From the NCBI GenBank assembly GCA_944384415.1, contig CALWTF010000009.1, forward strand, positions 30,191 through 94,190: a stretch of DNA of 64,000 bases, read 5' to 3'. Positions 32,536-42,941 of this stretch are shown here, piece after piece. Below the pieces are notes generated by a model. It searched no databases and was not told where the DNA came from. It worked only from the letters and a program-made list of their open reading frames with translations. Source of the DNA: an uncultured Clostridia bacterium. GTDB lineage: Bacteria > Bacillota > Clostridia > Christensenellales > UBA1242. The position numbers and the translations under genes were made by a program. The first letter of the stretch is position 1; every line of letters begins with the position of its first letter.

Positions 32536-32597
32536 TTATTAGTTTACAATTTTTTAAATTTATGTTATTATATTTTAAAATATTAAAGAGGTTCGTG

Positions 32598-33992
32598 ATG
32601 TTTTCTAAAACTGAACTTAAAAATTTAACTGAAGAAAAATTGAATGAATTAGGTATTTTTCAACTTAGAACTATTGCTAGAAACATTGGGGTTCATTTGC
32701 CAACTACAATGAAAAAACAAGATTTGGTTACACAAATTTTAAAAGTAGCAAAGGGTGAAGTTGCTCCATTTGTACCTAAAAACAAAAAAGGAAGACCTGC
32801 TAAATCGTTAATGGATATACAAAGTTCGTGGTCAAGCCAAGGCAGTGACACAAAATCTATTAATCTTGTTAACAACTCTTGGGAATTAGGCAAGTATATA
32901 GAACCTGATTTGTCTTTTGATGCTAATTTTGGTGTGAGTATGCCAACTTTTACTTACAATGAAGATACAGATGATGGACAAATTGTTGAAGGGATTGCTT
33001 TTTGTGAAGCTAACGGTGCAGTTACATTGCATATAGGCGGTATAACAAAATTAAATGAAAATAATATTACAGTAATTAAACCACAAATAGCTATAACTTC
33101 TATGATTAGAACAGGTGATGAAATTAAGTGTTTGTTAAATCCTAGAACAAACAGTGTATTTAAAATTTTATCTATTAATGAAAAAAGTGAACATCAAATT
33201 AAAGTTTTTGATAAATTGCAACCTATTTTACCAAATCAAATTATTAATCTTTGGGGTAATAAAAGTTTAGGTGTAACAAAATTTATTTGTCCTGTTGGTA
33301 AAGGGCAACGCGTTTTGCTTAGAGGTGAAAAGGGTAGTGGTAAATCTGAATTATTAAAAAATATTGCTTTACAATTAGATAAAAGTGAAATAAAAACAAT
33401 TTATGTTGCTTTAGATAAACGACCAGAAGATAAGATTAATTTTTCAAATACAAATATTGATTATGTTTTTTCTTCTTTTGATACAATCCCTTTTAGACAA
33501 ATGTATATGTTAAATTTGGCTATTGAAAAATCAAAAAGAATGTGTGAAAATGGTTTAGATGTTGCTATAATCATTGATGATTTATTTTCGGCTGGTAAAG
33601 CTTATGATTATTGTTTACAAAGAATGGGAAAAGATGAACTTTTAGGATTAGATATAAGTGCTATAATTGCGTTAAAAAAGATTTTAGCGGTAGGAAGAAA
33701 TACAGATACTGGTGGTAGTATAACTTTAATAGGTAGTTTAACTGTTAATAATCAATTTGAAGATTCAAGATTATTATCAATGATTGATGAGATTTGTAAT
33801 TGTCATATAATTACTGATAAAAATCTTTATCAAGGTGGTTTTGAAACTTGGATTTCATTAGATAGTTGGACTGATAATGATAGAAAATTATTATCACCAA
33901 GTGATTTAAATATAGCAAATAAAATTAAGGAAGAATGTAAAAATAAAACAAATATAGAAATTGAAAAAGTTTGCAAAAAATATTTTGAATAA
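32598..33992 (+). CDS. Rho-like transcription termination factor homologue with degenerate catalytic and RNA-binding residues
   Basis: Rho_N-like N-terminus, OB-domain remnant (IRTGDEIKCLLNP), P-loop GEKGSGKS and Walker B DVAIIIDD. It is collinear with E. coli Rho by eye. Confidence 0.75.
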   Translation: MFSKTELKNLTEEKLNELGIFQLRTIARNIGVHLPTTMKKQDLVTQILKVAKGEVAPFVPKNKKGRPAKSLMDIQSSWSSQGSDTKSINLVNNSWELGKYIEPDLSFDANFGVSMPTFTYNEDTDDGQIVEGIAFCEANGAVTLHIGGITKLNENNITVIKPQIAITSMIRTGDEIKCLLNPRTNSVFKILSINEKSEHQIKVFDKLQPILPNQIINLWGNKSLGVTKFICPVGKGQRVLLRGEKGSGKSELLKNIALQLDKSEIKTIYVALDKRPEDKINFSNTNIDYVFSSFDTIPFRQMYMLNLAIEKSKRMCENGLDVAIIIDDLFSAGKAYDYCLQRMGKDELLGLDISAIIALKKILAVGRNTDTGGSITLIGSLTVNNQFEDSRLLSMIDEICNCHIITDKNLYQGGFETWISLDSWTDNDRKLLSPSDLNIANKIKEECKNKTNIEIEKVCKKYFE

Positions 33993-33993
33993 T

Positions 33994-34024
33994 AAAAAAA
34001 CACTGTAAAACAGTGTTTTTTTAT
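33994..34024. terminator. bidirectional terminator shared by the convergent rho-like and giant genes
   Basis: aaaaacactg-taaaa-cagtgttttt flanked by A- and T-runs. The T-run contains the giant gene stop codon. Confidence 0.75.
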
Positions 34025-37000
34025 TTAACACGCATTTTAGTTCTTAATAATACGAATGTAACAGTTAATGCAACTACGACAAGAATAGCAACAACAATTA
34101 AAATTATTGATGCAGTGTTAAGTGGTTCATTTATTGTGATTCGTTGACTCATAACAAGGAACCCACTTTCACTGTAAACTTGTACATAATAAGTGTTTGG
34201 TGCAGATAAAGTAAATGACTGAGGATTAGTGTTTGTTGAGTTTGTTTCATTAATATTAGCAATTTCTGTACCATTAACAACTATTGAACAAGCACCAATT
34301 TGTTGATAAATTAAAGCATTGTTATAACTTATAGTAACTGAAGCAGTTGATGAACTTCCAAATTCTCTTGATGGATTTAATATTGGAGTTTCATCATTAA
34401 TCCAAACATTAAATGTGAAATTTTGCGATGGTGTCATATTTTTTGGTTCTGTTGTAATTGTAATTATAAATTTCCCTATACCTGTTGTTTCTTTTGAAAT
34501 AAGGGTAGAGTAAAGATGTGTTTGACCTGCTTCAAGTAAAGATGATGTTATGTTTTCATATTCATAAATTACATTTCCATTTTCATCAAGTTTTTGTTCT
34601 CCATTTTCATCAAGAACGGCATCACCTTGTTTTAGCACGCTTGTTATTTCATAACCAGATATTTTGGTAACTTCATAAGCTGTTCTAGTTTCATTTGCAT
34701 TAAGAATGGTAAAGTTTGCTTCTCCATAAATATACTTGTTTTGTTCACCACGAATCATAACTTTCAATGAAACACGATATACACCAGGTTTAGTAAATGT
34801 AAAAATGTTATTTGTGTAAGTATAATCAGTTTTCACTTTTTGAAGAACATTATTAAGATAAACACTTGCAGAGAATGTAGTCATTGTATAGAAAGAAACA
34901 TCGTGTAGATTTAATGTTACATTGCTATTATAAACAGCATTTTGTATTGGGGTTTCATTATTTATAAGATAGATAACTTCATATAATATTGTAAGGGTAA
35001 ATGATGGATATTGAACATTAAACATATGCTGTTGATTAACAAAGTTTCTAATTCTTATACTGTAAGTACCAGATTCACTAAGTGAAATTTCACCATTATT
35101 ATATGTTCCAACTAATTCGCCATTAAAGTATAAATCAAGATATATAAAATTAGAATAAACGAAAGGATTAGTTGTTGAGTAACTATTATCTGTGTATGAA
35201 GTGCTCCATTTAATAACAACATTAGGTGCACATTCTTCACAGGTTTTATCTTGAGCGTGTTTGTCATAGTGATTTATATCTTTTGCAATAAGTGTAACCA
35301 TTTTACTTGAGTTTCCTGATTGGTCAACATCTCCACTTCCGGTTCCATCGTTTATTGTCATTGTTGTTAACACTGTACCAGTATATGGAACCAATGTTAC
35401 AGCGTAGAAGTTTTCAACAGTGTGCGAAGTAGTTCCCCAAACTCGATATATTCTTGTATTACCTAAAGTTGCTGCTAATTTTATGCTTAAATCTTTATCT
35501 TCATTACATGAATATGTGAAGTTACGCCAACCTGTTGTTGTGTTTGCTGAATAGAAGAAGTATTGCTCAACAGTTTTTGTAAGTGTAACTGTTCCTGTTC
35601 CGTAAATATCACCCTGGTCGTATGTGTAGTCAAATGTGTATGTAGTTAGGTTAGGGTGTGGGGTTAAAAGTTCACCATTATAATATGCTCCAAATATTGA
35701 TATATCATATGATTGAATTGTGAATTCAATTGATTTAGAAAGTGCTAATCCAAGTGCATTACCAATGCGGATTGTGTAAACACCATCTTCTGTTACTACA
35801 AAACCAGAATTTATGTTTGTTATTTGTCCACTAGGATATTCAATAGTAACATAAGGTGAGAATAGTACATCAGTTAAAGTATTCCAAGAAATTTTTACAT
35901 CTTTTGATGTTGTTTTTTCATTGTCTCCTTGCCATATTTGAACATCACTTGTATCAGTTAAATTTATCTCAGGTAAATATGTATAAATGGCAAATATGAA
36001 TTGTTCAGCATTAGATATAGAGCCATCATCAATATTTATATCATAAAGATAATATGTATTTTTAGGTGAAATAAATTTTAATTCTGCTAGCCCGGTGTTT
36101 GTATCAATAACACATTGCCACAAACTGTTTGTATTGTTTAAGAAATATTGTACATTAACTACACCAGTATTTAAAAGTATATTTCCTGATTCTCTATCTG
36201 TAATTTTTACGCTAATATTTCTAAATGTGTTTGATTGATATTTTAAAGTAATAGGTTCTAGTGTGTGTATTATTCCATTATAAATATAATTTTCAATTGC
36301 TCCTTCAGAGTAAACTAATTCTTTTATTAAAGATGTGTCTACTGGATAGGTGATTATATATGTGTAACCAAAATTATCAGTAAATGTAAATATATAATTT
36401 CCATTTGTTAAGTAATTTAAAATATAAGTATCTGGATTTGTTGATACTGGTTCAGGTAAGGTGAAAGTTGTTCCCGTTGAACTTAATTTAGCAGAGAATG
36501 AAACAATTTGAGTTGCGGCAGTTGACATTGGCATAGTCATATAAAATGAAGTATTATTAATTTGAGTAAATGTTGGTTGTAATTTTTGACCTGGAGTTTT
36601 AATATAAAACTTTAAGTCGTTTCCAACACGATTAGTAATAACAAATTCGATTTTTGAACCGATTAAGTATCTATTCGTTGTTGCTATAGCTTCAATTGAT
36701 TCATTTATGCTTGCTAAAATAGAGTTAATGTCTGAAGTAGGCATTACATCAATTACTGTATAAGGAGCACTAGAATCTGAGCCTATGTTTCTATATTTTA
36801 TTGTAAACCATCTATCAGATGTTGAAATTTTTGTGATTAATAAAGATTCGGCACTAATTGATTGAGCAAGTGATGTGTCACCAAATTGGTCAACAGGCAT
36901 ATCATCATAAATTATATTTGAACCAGCTTCTGTTCCTTCATCAAGTTCTGAAATATAATATGTAGAAGTAGATGTTGCAGTTTGTTTAGCTTCAACAGCT

Positions 37001-40000
37001 AGTGAGCTAAATTTTACATAAACTGTGTATACACGATAGTTTTCAACTGCATCTCTTTCAATAATATCATAATAACCTTCTTGAGTAAATGGTCTTACTA
37101 TTGTAGCATTAGATGGGTAAGAATACCTACTGAAAATACTTGTATTAGACTCAACAAATTTTATTGCACCTGTATTTAAATCATAATCGGTCATACCTTC
37201 AACAACTGTTTGTTTGTACTCATTAGATGATGTGTCAAATTTATCGTAAGGACCACGGACAAAATAAACAGAATCTGTTTCGGTGCTATCATATTGAATT
37301 GGTGAATAATCACTGCTAACAGCAAAAGCATAGTTCTTTAAAAAGTCATAATCTAAATCATAAAGATTAGCAAGAACTTCATCTGTTTTACCTGTAGCTT
37401 GTAAATATTTGTCTGATTCAATTAGCGATTTTAAGTTTTTATAAGGTGATGTATGGTCAATATACACACTTGAAGAGCTTGCAAAATAGGAATAACTGTT
37501 TCCAACTTTATAAAGATTTTGTACTGTATTGTCACCTATATATTGATAATTCGCAGTATATCTAGCGTCCATTTGTGTTCCTTCATATCCATCAACTTCT
37601 GGTGTAGGTGGTAAGTAAAGGTAATAAGCATATCTATCTGTTGTTCCTTCAATTAGTGTTTTTAAATAAACATAATTGTTGCTTGTTTGTGTAAATTCAC
37701 TAGCTGAAGAATAAGATGCATTGATGAGTGCTAAAAGCTCATTTAAAGTTAAATTCATAACTGAATAATCACTTGAGTATATTATTTTAAATTCACTTGA
37801 ATAAGCATTTTCTTCAGGGTTTTCTTCAGTACCTGTAATAGATTTATAAGTGTCTATGCTGTTTGTTACATATATAGGATTGGAAATGGTAACAGGTTTT
37901 GATGTGGTACCTTCGCTATTTGATATTGAATATAATGTTCTAGTTACTGTTACATCATTATAAGCTATTTTTGCAGAATATTCATCTGTCGTATCAGTAA
38001 ATGTCAAACGAACATAATCAGATTTTGTTGAAGAGGTTGCGCTTACATAATCACTAGAACCTGTTTTTTGTTCAAATGTAATACTAGGGCTGTTAGCTGT
38101 TATTTGAAAATTAATAATGCAATAATTAGGTCGGAATGTTGTACCTTTTTCAAACATAACAAGGTCATTAAATGTTCCTTCCATAGTTCCGTTAATATTT
38201 GAAAGGTCAAAAACAAATACTCTGTATGAACCAACTGAACTAAATGCATAAGTTAAATCTTTAATATTATAAAGTCGTTTTGCATTATCACTTAAATCTT
38301 GTTGTCCTATGAAGTGACTGTAAAGTGCTTGATATGCACAACCACTTTGGTTAAAGTATTGAACTAAAACCATAAGATTTGAACTTTGTATATTATCAAC
38401 TAAGCCTTGTAATATATCACTTGCAACATCTGTAGACATATATTTATTTGATATTTCTATATTCAAACTTGGTGAAGTAGCATACGGTAACTCTAAACCA
38501 ATAGGTAAAATATTGCTTGATACTACTGGTGAACCTGAAGCAGTTAGCATTCGTGTTGAACTTGGTTTAAATTGATTAGCAAATTCATTAGCTTCAATAA
38601 CGCCGTTTTCAAAACTGCTAAAAGTGTAACCACCATATTCACTGTAATTTCCGTAATGGTTTGAACCTTTTTCAAAACCAAATGTAAGGTGAGAACCAGT
38701 ATCTATTGTTCCAGTTAAAACTTTTCCACGGTCTACATAATATGTATAAGTTCTATCCTTTACATCTCCTTCTGTTCCATCTACAAAATCGGATTTATAT
38801 TTTCGTACAAAAACATATTTTCCATCTTGACTACCAGCTGCACCAAATGAAGAGCTATAATTAAGTTCTTGTAATGCATAACTATGATAATAAGTTTCGC
38901 CATTTATTGTGAGTTCACGGAATAAAGGATTGTTTTCTCCTAATTTATAAATTAGTGCATCTTCACCAGTTAACATTGGTTCATCGCTGTATGGATAGTT
39001 TTCTGATTCTGTATTTATTGTATCAAGAGGGTAGAAGTACAGATAAACTTCTTGAACCTCAAAATCACTACCACTTTCTTGTTGTCTAAAACTAAAAGTT
39101 ACAAATTGTCGGTTGGTTGAGCGATATTGTTGTAATCTAGCCCTGTTTCCATAAACACCATTTAAATATGTTTCATCAGAAACTCCGCTATTATCAACTG
39201 AGCCATAATGACTAAAGAATGTACCTAATGATTTATCAAAGTTAATTTCTATATCTCTTTTAGGCATTTGGTTATTGCTAATATCTTTCAGGTTTATGGT
39301 ATAGGTATAAAAATCAACATAATTTTCTTCTCCAGTTTCACCTGAATTTGCGTTTAATATAATTTCTGTATTTGGATATATTGTAAAGTTTCCTAATTCA
39401 TCGGCATTAGATGTAGATAGGTAGGTTCGGTGATTATCTTTATCAATAACAACCCAAAGGAAAGTTTGTTCAATAAGACCGGCACCATTCTTTTTAAACA
39501 CTATGTTATTTGTGGTTGGGTCGCTTCCATTTGAGCCACTACCCATACTTCCACCACTACCTTTGAAGCTTGCTTCTTCAATTTCAACAGTAATATAGCT
39601 TTTATCATTACTTGTTGCCATATAGTTATTTAAAGAATTTATTATATAATTATATTTAGAAAAATTTTCACTGTAATTTATTGCGATATTGTTTGGATTT
39701 TCGTTATCAACAATATCTGTAACATCTGATTTGTCATCACTTTCCACAATAGATAGTGCTTTATGTGTACCCCAAGTAAACTTTGTGTTTTTAGAAATAA
39801 CACTAAGTTCTGCAGGGGATTCACCTTCGGCTTGTTGTATCATTTCTGGTGTAACATCTTCAAAAATTGTTATAAATATAGCTTTATTTCCGGCACTGTC
39901 CGACAACAATAATAAACCAAGTCGTGGTGTTGTACATATTTGAGTTGAAAGGAAGGTGAGTTGGCTTGCATTTTCTGCCGTAACAATGGTGTGTTTATAT

Positions 40001-42579
40001 GTCATTAAAGGGGCAAATGTAGAAAATTGTCCATTTGCCGTTACCCAAATTTGATTTTCATAATTTATTTCTTCTGCTAAAAAATTGTCAATTGCATTAA
40101 TAGATGCATATGTATATTGTGCTGTAATACTTGCACCACTTTTTTTATTATCCCAAGTCCAAATAAAGTTTTTAGTTGTAGTTAAGGTAAATGATTCTAA
40201 ACTTGAAATAGTTACATTACTTAAATTAAATGCATCAGTAGAATTTTCATCGGCACCTTGAAGTTTGTTTGATGATGGATTTACTTCAAGAGCTTTTATT
40301 CCACTTATCTCTTGTTTATCAATAGTAAAACTGAATGAAAGGCTAGATTGTTTTGAGTTTGTGTAGTAGATTTTAATTGTATAAATACCATTTCTAGTAC
40401 AAACTGTTGTATCTTCTTTTTTACTTGATAGTAAAGTTGTTCCATTTAAATCTTTAAATACTAAACCATAATAAGGAGTATTGCTTGTTGGTGATACATC
40501 ATATGCTTCACTGTTAAAGTTATAAAGAGAATAAGTAGCAGTAATATTTGCATTAAAAGGACTTGTTACAGACCACGATAAGTATACATTTTTGTTTGTA
40601 AATCCATTGACAGCTAAATTGTTTATGTTATCAAGTTCAATATCGGCGCTTGAAGTTGAATTTGTTGTTAAAATTTTAACACTTGGTGGAGTGTTGGTAA
40701 TGCTAAAAACAAAAACTTGACCAAAATATGCTTGTTGATAACTTATTGTTCCGCTAGCGTTACTATCAGCTACTGGATTTTGGAAAGAAATATAAACTAT
40801 GTAAGTTCCAGCGCTTTCAAACTTTACAGATTTTGACCAGCTAGAAGTTGTTGTTAAAACACCTTTGCTGTTGTAATAGAGATACCAACTTGTATTTGAA
40901 CCAGGATTTAAACTTGCATTGTCAATAAATTTTATTGGAACTTGATTTGTTGAAGCCATTTTAACACCGTATTGACTTGCTGTTTTTTCAAGATAAGATA
41001 ATACTGATGTTTTGTTTTGATTTTCAACAGATGTGTCACTACTCAGCTTATAACTAGATGAATAAATAGTATTTAAAGGAACTGCCATTTCTGGGTTTAA
41101 AAAACTAAAATCACTAGTATAAATATTTTGTATTTCATCGTTTTCATTTACATCAAAAGTGCTATTTTTAAGTTCAACATCACCATTTTCACTTGTGTAT
41201 GTCGCTTGAAAACCAACAATACTTAAACTTTCAGGTAAAGTTAAAGTCATATCTGAAAGTAAAATATTTTCAGCTGACACATACTTACCAATTCCAGTTC
41301 GTAATATACAAGTTTTATCAAAAACATACTCACCAACTTCATCAAATGTAAGTGTTACTTCATAATATCCATTTTCATTTTTTGTATAATATAATCTTTC
41401 AGTTGTTACGGTGGAACCGTATGTTTTAGTAATAGTTAAAACACCTCGTTCTGTTTGATTAGCTAAATATTCAGTATTAAAACTTAAATCATAACTTTCT
41501 TGTTTATTGTAAAGTGTTTTGGTATATGAAATTTTATATTTTTCTGGATTATAAGTTAAAGTAGGATACATTAACACTGTTGGTGCATTTAGTGAAGTAT
41601 ACATACTGGTTTGAGATGAGGAAAAAGTTCCACCAGTAACAACGCTAGTATATATGTTTGTAAACTTAAAATAGTGTTGCTTAGAATATGGTGTATCTTC
41701 AGTTGTCGTACTTCCATCTAATAATCGTTTTGTGTTATCAATTTTTTCAGTATAGTTAAAAGTTGTACTTTCATTTATTTGATTATATGTGTTCTCAGTT
41801 ATTAAATAAAATTTGAATTTTGCTAGTCTACGATAATCTTGTCCATCAGTTAATAAACGATATTGAAGTTCAATTTCATATAAACCTTCAATGTTATTAA
41901 TTTCTGTACCAAAAGTTAAGTCACCTTTATCACTAACATTGTTTCCTAGTGTATAAGTTTTATATGAATAATGAAGAGGTGAATTTGATGAACCTTGTTG
42001 GTCAGAACCATTGATAGCATCAGTTGGAGTAAGTCCGTGTATGTATTGTCTGAAATATTGATTTTCAGCTTGTATATCATCATCAGGATATATAAAATTG
42101 TTTGTTGCAATGTTTTGTCCATTAAGTTTAATTGATGAGCTAAATAACTTAACTTGTGCATTGCTAGGTCCATATCCAAATTCTATATAAACAGCTTCAC
42201 GAGTTGCGGGAGAGGTGAGGGAAGCAGATGTATCAAGCATAACAAAAGGAATATCATTTTCATTTACATAAATTATTTCAGTTGTGTTTTGTGTATCATT
42301 TGGATTGTGTAATTCTGTGTCATTGTTTATAATTTCATTTTCATAATGGTCTGTAACCAAAACCTTTGAAACAGATAAAATGGAACTATCTGTAACAGTA
42401 TTTCCATTTGTATCAGTTTTTATTGCGTTTCGAGTTCCTGTGTTGCTGAAACTTGTTGATGAGTTTTTATATTCATTTGTAAAGTTGTTTATAACAGTAA
42501 AACCACTAAACATTACACATATAGCAATTATAGAAAAAGTGATTAAAAATGAAAGTTTTTTCCCTAAACTTTTTGGCAT
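34021..42579 (-). CDS. giant (2,852 aa) surface protein with N-terminal signal/anchor and C-terminal TM anchor, built from many diverged Ig-like beta modules
   Basis: Uninterrupted 8.56-kb ORF. AAAGGAG RBS before the ATG at 42579. N-terminus KKLSFLITFSIIAICVMFSGF. C-terminus ASIILIVVAILVVVALTVTFVLLRTKMRVK. T/S/N/Y-rich with a recurring G-x-Y-x-[IVF]-x-[IVLF] strand motif. Confidence 0.85.
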   Translation of the reverse strand: MPKSLGKKLSFLITFSIIAICVMFSGFTVINNFTNEYKNSSTSFSNTGTRNAIKTDTNGNTVTDSSILSVSKVLVTDHYENEIINNDTELHNPNDTQNTTEIIYVNENDIPFVMLDTSASLTSPATREAVYIEFGYGPSNAQVKLFSSSIKLNGQNIATNNFIYPDDDIQAENQYFRQYIHGLTPTDAINGSDQQGSSNSPLHYSYKTYTLGNNVSDKGDLTFGTEINNIEGLYEIELQYRLLTDGQDYRRLAKFKFYLITENTYNQINESTTFNYTEKIDNTKRLLDGSTTTEDTPYSKQHYFKFTNIYTSVVTGGTFSSSQTSMYTSLNAPTVLMYPTLTYNPEKYKISYTKTLYNKQESYDLSFNTEYLANQTERGVLTITKTYGSTVTTERLYYTKNENGYYEVTLTFDEVGEYVFDKTCILRTGIGKYVSAENILLSDMTLTLPESLSIVGFQATYTSENGDVELKNSTFDVNENDEIQNIYTSDFSFLNPEMAVPLNTIYSSSYKLSSDTSVENQNKTSVLSYLEKTASQYGVKMASTNQVPIKFIDNASLNPGSNTSWYLYYNSKGVLTTTSSWSKSVKFESAGTYIVYISFQNPVADSNASGTISYQQAYFGQVFVFSITNTPPSVKILTTNSTSSADIELDNINNLAVNGFTNKNVYLSWSVTSPFNANITATYSLYNFNSEAYDVSPTSNTPYYGLVFKDLNGTTLLSSKKEDTTVCTRNGIYTIKIYYTNSKQSSLSFSFTIDKQEISGIKALEVNPSSNKLQGADENSTDAFNLSNVTISSLESFTLTTTKNFIWTWDNKKSGASITAQYTYASINAIDNFLAEEINYENQIWVTANGQFSTFAPLMTYKHTIVTAENASQLTFLSTQICTTPRLGLLLLSDSAGNKAIFITIFEDVTPEMIQQAEGESPAELSVISKNTKFTWGTHKALSIVESDDKSDVTDIVDNENPNNIAINYSENFSKYNYIINSLNNYMATSNDKSYITVEIEEASFKGSGGSMGSGSNGSDPTTNNIVFKKNGAGLIEQTFLWVVIDKDNHRTYLSTSNADELGNFTIYPNTEIILNANSGETGEENYVDFYTYTINLKDISNNQMPKRDIEINFDKSLGTFFSHYGSVDNSGVSDETYLNGVYGNRARLQQYRSTNRQFVTFSFRQQESGSDFEVQEVYLYFYPLDTINTESENYPYSDEPMLTGEDALIYKLGENNPLFRELTINGETYYHSYALQELNYSSSFGAAGSQDGKYVFVRKYKSDFVDGTEGDVKDRTYTYYVDRGKVLTGTIDTGSHLTFGFEKGSNHYGNYSEYGGYTFSSFENGVIEANEFANQFKPSSTRMLTASGSPVVSSNILPIGLELPYATSPSLNIEISNKYMSTDVASDILQGLVDNIQSSNLMVLVQYFNQSGCAYQALYSHFIGQQDLSDNAKRLYNIKDLTYAFSSVGSYRVFVFDLSNINGTMEGTFNDLVMFEKGTTFRPNYCIINFQITANSPSITFEQKTGSSDYVSATSSTKSDYVRLTFTDTTDEYSAKIAYNDVTVTRTLYSISNSEGTTSKPVTISNPIYVTNSIDTYKSITGTEENPEENAYSSEFKIIYSSDYSVMNLTLNELLALINASYSSASEFTQTSNNYVYLKTLIEGTTDRYAYYLYLPPTPEVDGYEGTQMDARYTANYQYIGDNTVQNLYKVGNSYSYFASSSSVYIDHTSPYKNLKSLIESDKYLQATGKTDEVLANLYDLDYDFLKNYAFAVSSDYSPIQYDSTETDSVYFVRGPYDKFDTSSNEYKQTVVEGMTDYDLNTGAIKFVESNTSIFSRYSYPSNATIVRPFTQEGYYDIIERDAVENYRVYTVYVKFSSLAVEAKQTATSTSTYYISELDEGTEAGSNIIYDDMPVDQFGDTSLAQSISAESLLITKISTSDRWFTIKYRNIGSDSSAPYTVIDVMPTSDINSILASINESIEAIATTNRYLIGSKIEFVITNRVGNDLKFYIKTPGQKLQPTFTQINNTSFYMTMPMSTAATQIVSFSAKLSSTGTTFTLPEPVSTNPDTYILNYLTNGNYIFTFTDNFGYTYIITYPVDTSLIKELVYSEGAIENYIYNGIIHTLEPITLKYQSNTFRNISVKITDRESGNILLNTGVVNVQYFLNNTNSLWQCVIDTNTGLAELKFISPKNTYYLYDINIDDGSISNAEQFIFAIYTYLPEINLTDTSDVQIWQGDNEKTTSKDVKISWNTLTDVLFSPYVTIEYPSGQITNINSGFVVTEDGVYTIRIGNALGLALSKSIEFTIQSYDISIFGAYYNGELLTPHPNLTTYTFDYTYDQGDIYGTGTVTLTKTVEQYFFYSANTTTGWRNFTYSCNEDKDLSIKLAATLGNTRIYRVWGTTSHTVENFYAVTLVPYTGTVLTTMTINDGTGSGDVDQSGNSSKMVTLIAKDINHYDKHAQDKTCEECAPNVVIKWSTSYTDNSYSTTNPFVYSNFIYLDLYFNGELVGTYNNGEISLSESGTYSIRIRNFVNQQHMFNVQYPSFTLTILYEVIYLINNETPIQNAVYNSNVTLNLHDVSFYTMTTFSASVYLNNVLQKVKTDYTYTNNIFTFTKPGVYRVSLKVMIRGEQNKYIYGEANFTILNANETRTAYEVTKISGYEITSVLKQGDAVLDENGEQKLDENGNVIYEYENITSSLLEAGQTHLYSTLISKETTGIGKFIITITTEPKNMTPSQNFTFNVWINDETPILNPSREFGSSSTASVTISYNNALIYQQIGACSIVVNGTEIANINETNSTNTNPQSFTLSAPNTYYVQVYSESGFLVMSQRITINEPLNTASIILIVVAILVVVALTVTFVLLRTKMRVK

Positions 42580-42791
42580 ATTTTCTCCTTTGGATAAACG
42601 ATAGCCGTTCACCTATTTTTTTGTTTTATTTCCTTTGTATATGTAAATAAGTTTAGCATATATAAATTATATACACAACCAAAATTTGACATTATATAAC
42701 AAATTTTCTCATAAATTTATTGTTTGTTTTTAATGATTAATATATACAAAAATACATTAAAAAATATTTTAAAATGTTCGTTAAAAATTTA

Positions 42792-42858
42792 TGTAAAACA
42801 GGGTACTATGCAATTAATAATTAATACTATGCATTTGATTTTACGAATAGTTTTTGTT
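42792..42858 (+). repeat. left copy of an imperfect direct repeat (DR-L)
   Basis: TGTAAAACAGGGTACTATGCAA ... TTTTACGAATAGTTTTTGTT. Compare 55441-55511. Confidence 0.6.
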
Positions 42859-42892
42859 TTATAATGATAAAATCTTTTTATTTATTATTTAT

Positions 42893-42941
42893 CATAAAAA
42901 TAAAGACACAAAATTATAAAAGTTTTGTGTCTTTATTTTTT
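42893..42941 (-). terminator. terminator downstream of the virD4-like gene
   Basis: 12-bp stem aaagacacaaaa / ttttgtgtcttt (42902-42934) flanked by A- and T-runs. Confidence 0.75.

Noticed and set aside
34004-34013. The 10-mer TGTAAAACAG, also present at the start of DR-L (42792-42801), as a possible third repeat copy marking the outer island boundary
   Set aside because: It is only 10 nt, AT-rich, and forms part of the terminator hairpin. The similarity does not extend further, so it is probably chance.
34021-34200. Sortase (LPXTG) anchoring of the giant protein
   Set aside because: The sequence preceding the C-terminal hydrophobic helix is ...RITINEPLNTAS... No LPXTG, NPQTN or similar motif is present. 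A plain TM anchor is the more economical reading.
39689-42604. Short ORFs on either strand inside the giant gene (39689-39943, 41946-42179, 42380-42604), and the antisense ORFs inside the VirB6-like tail (48931-49335, 49576-49944)
   Set aside because: All are nested in much longer ORFs with strong start signals. The antisense frames in 48.9-49.9 kb are explained by the locally Ala/Gly-rich, stop-poor composition.
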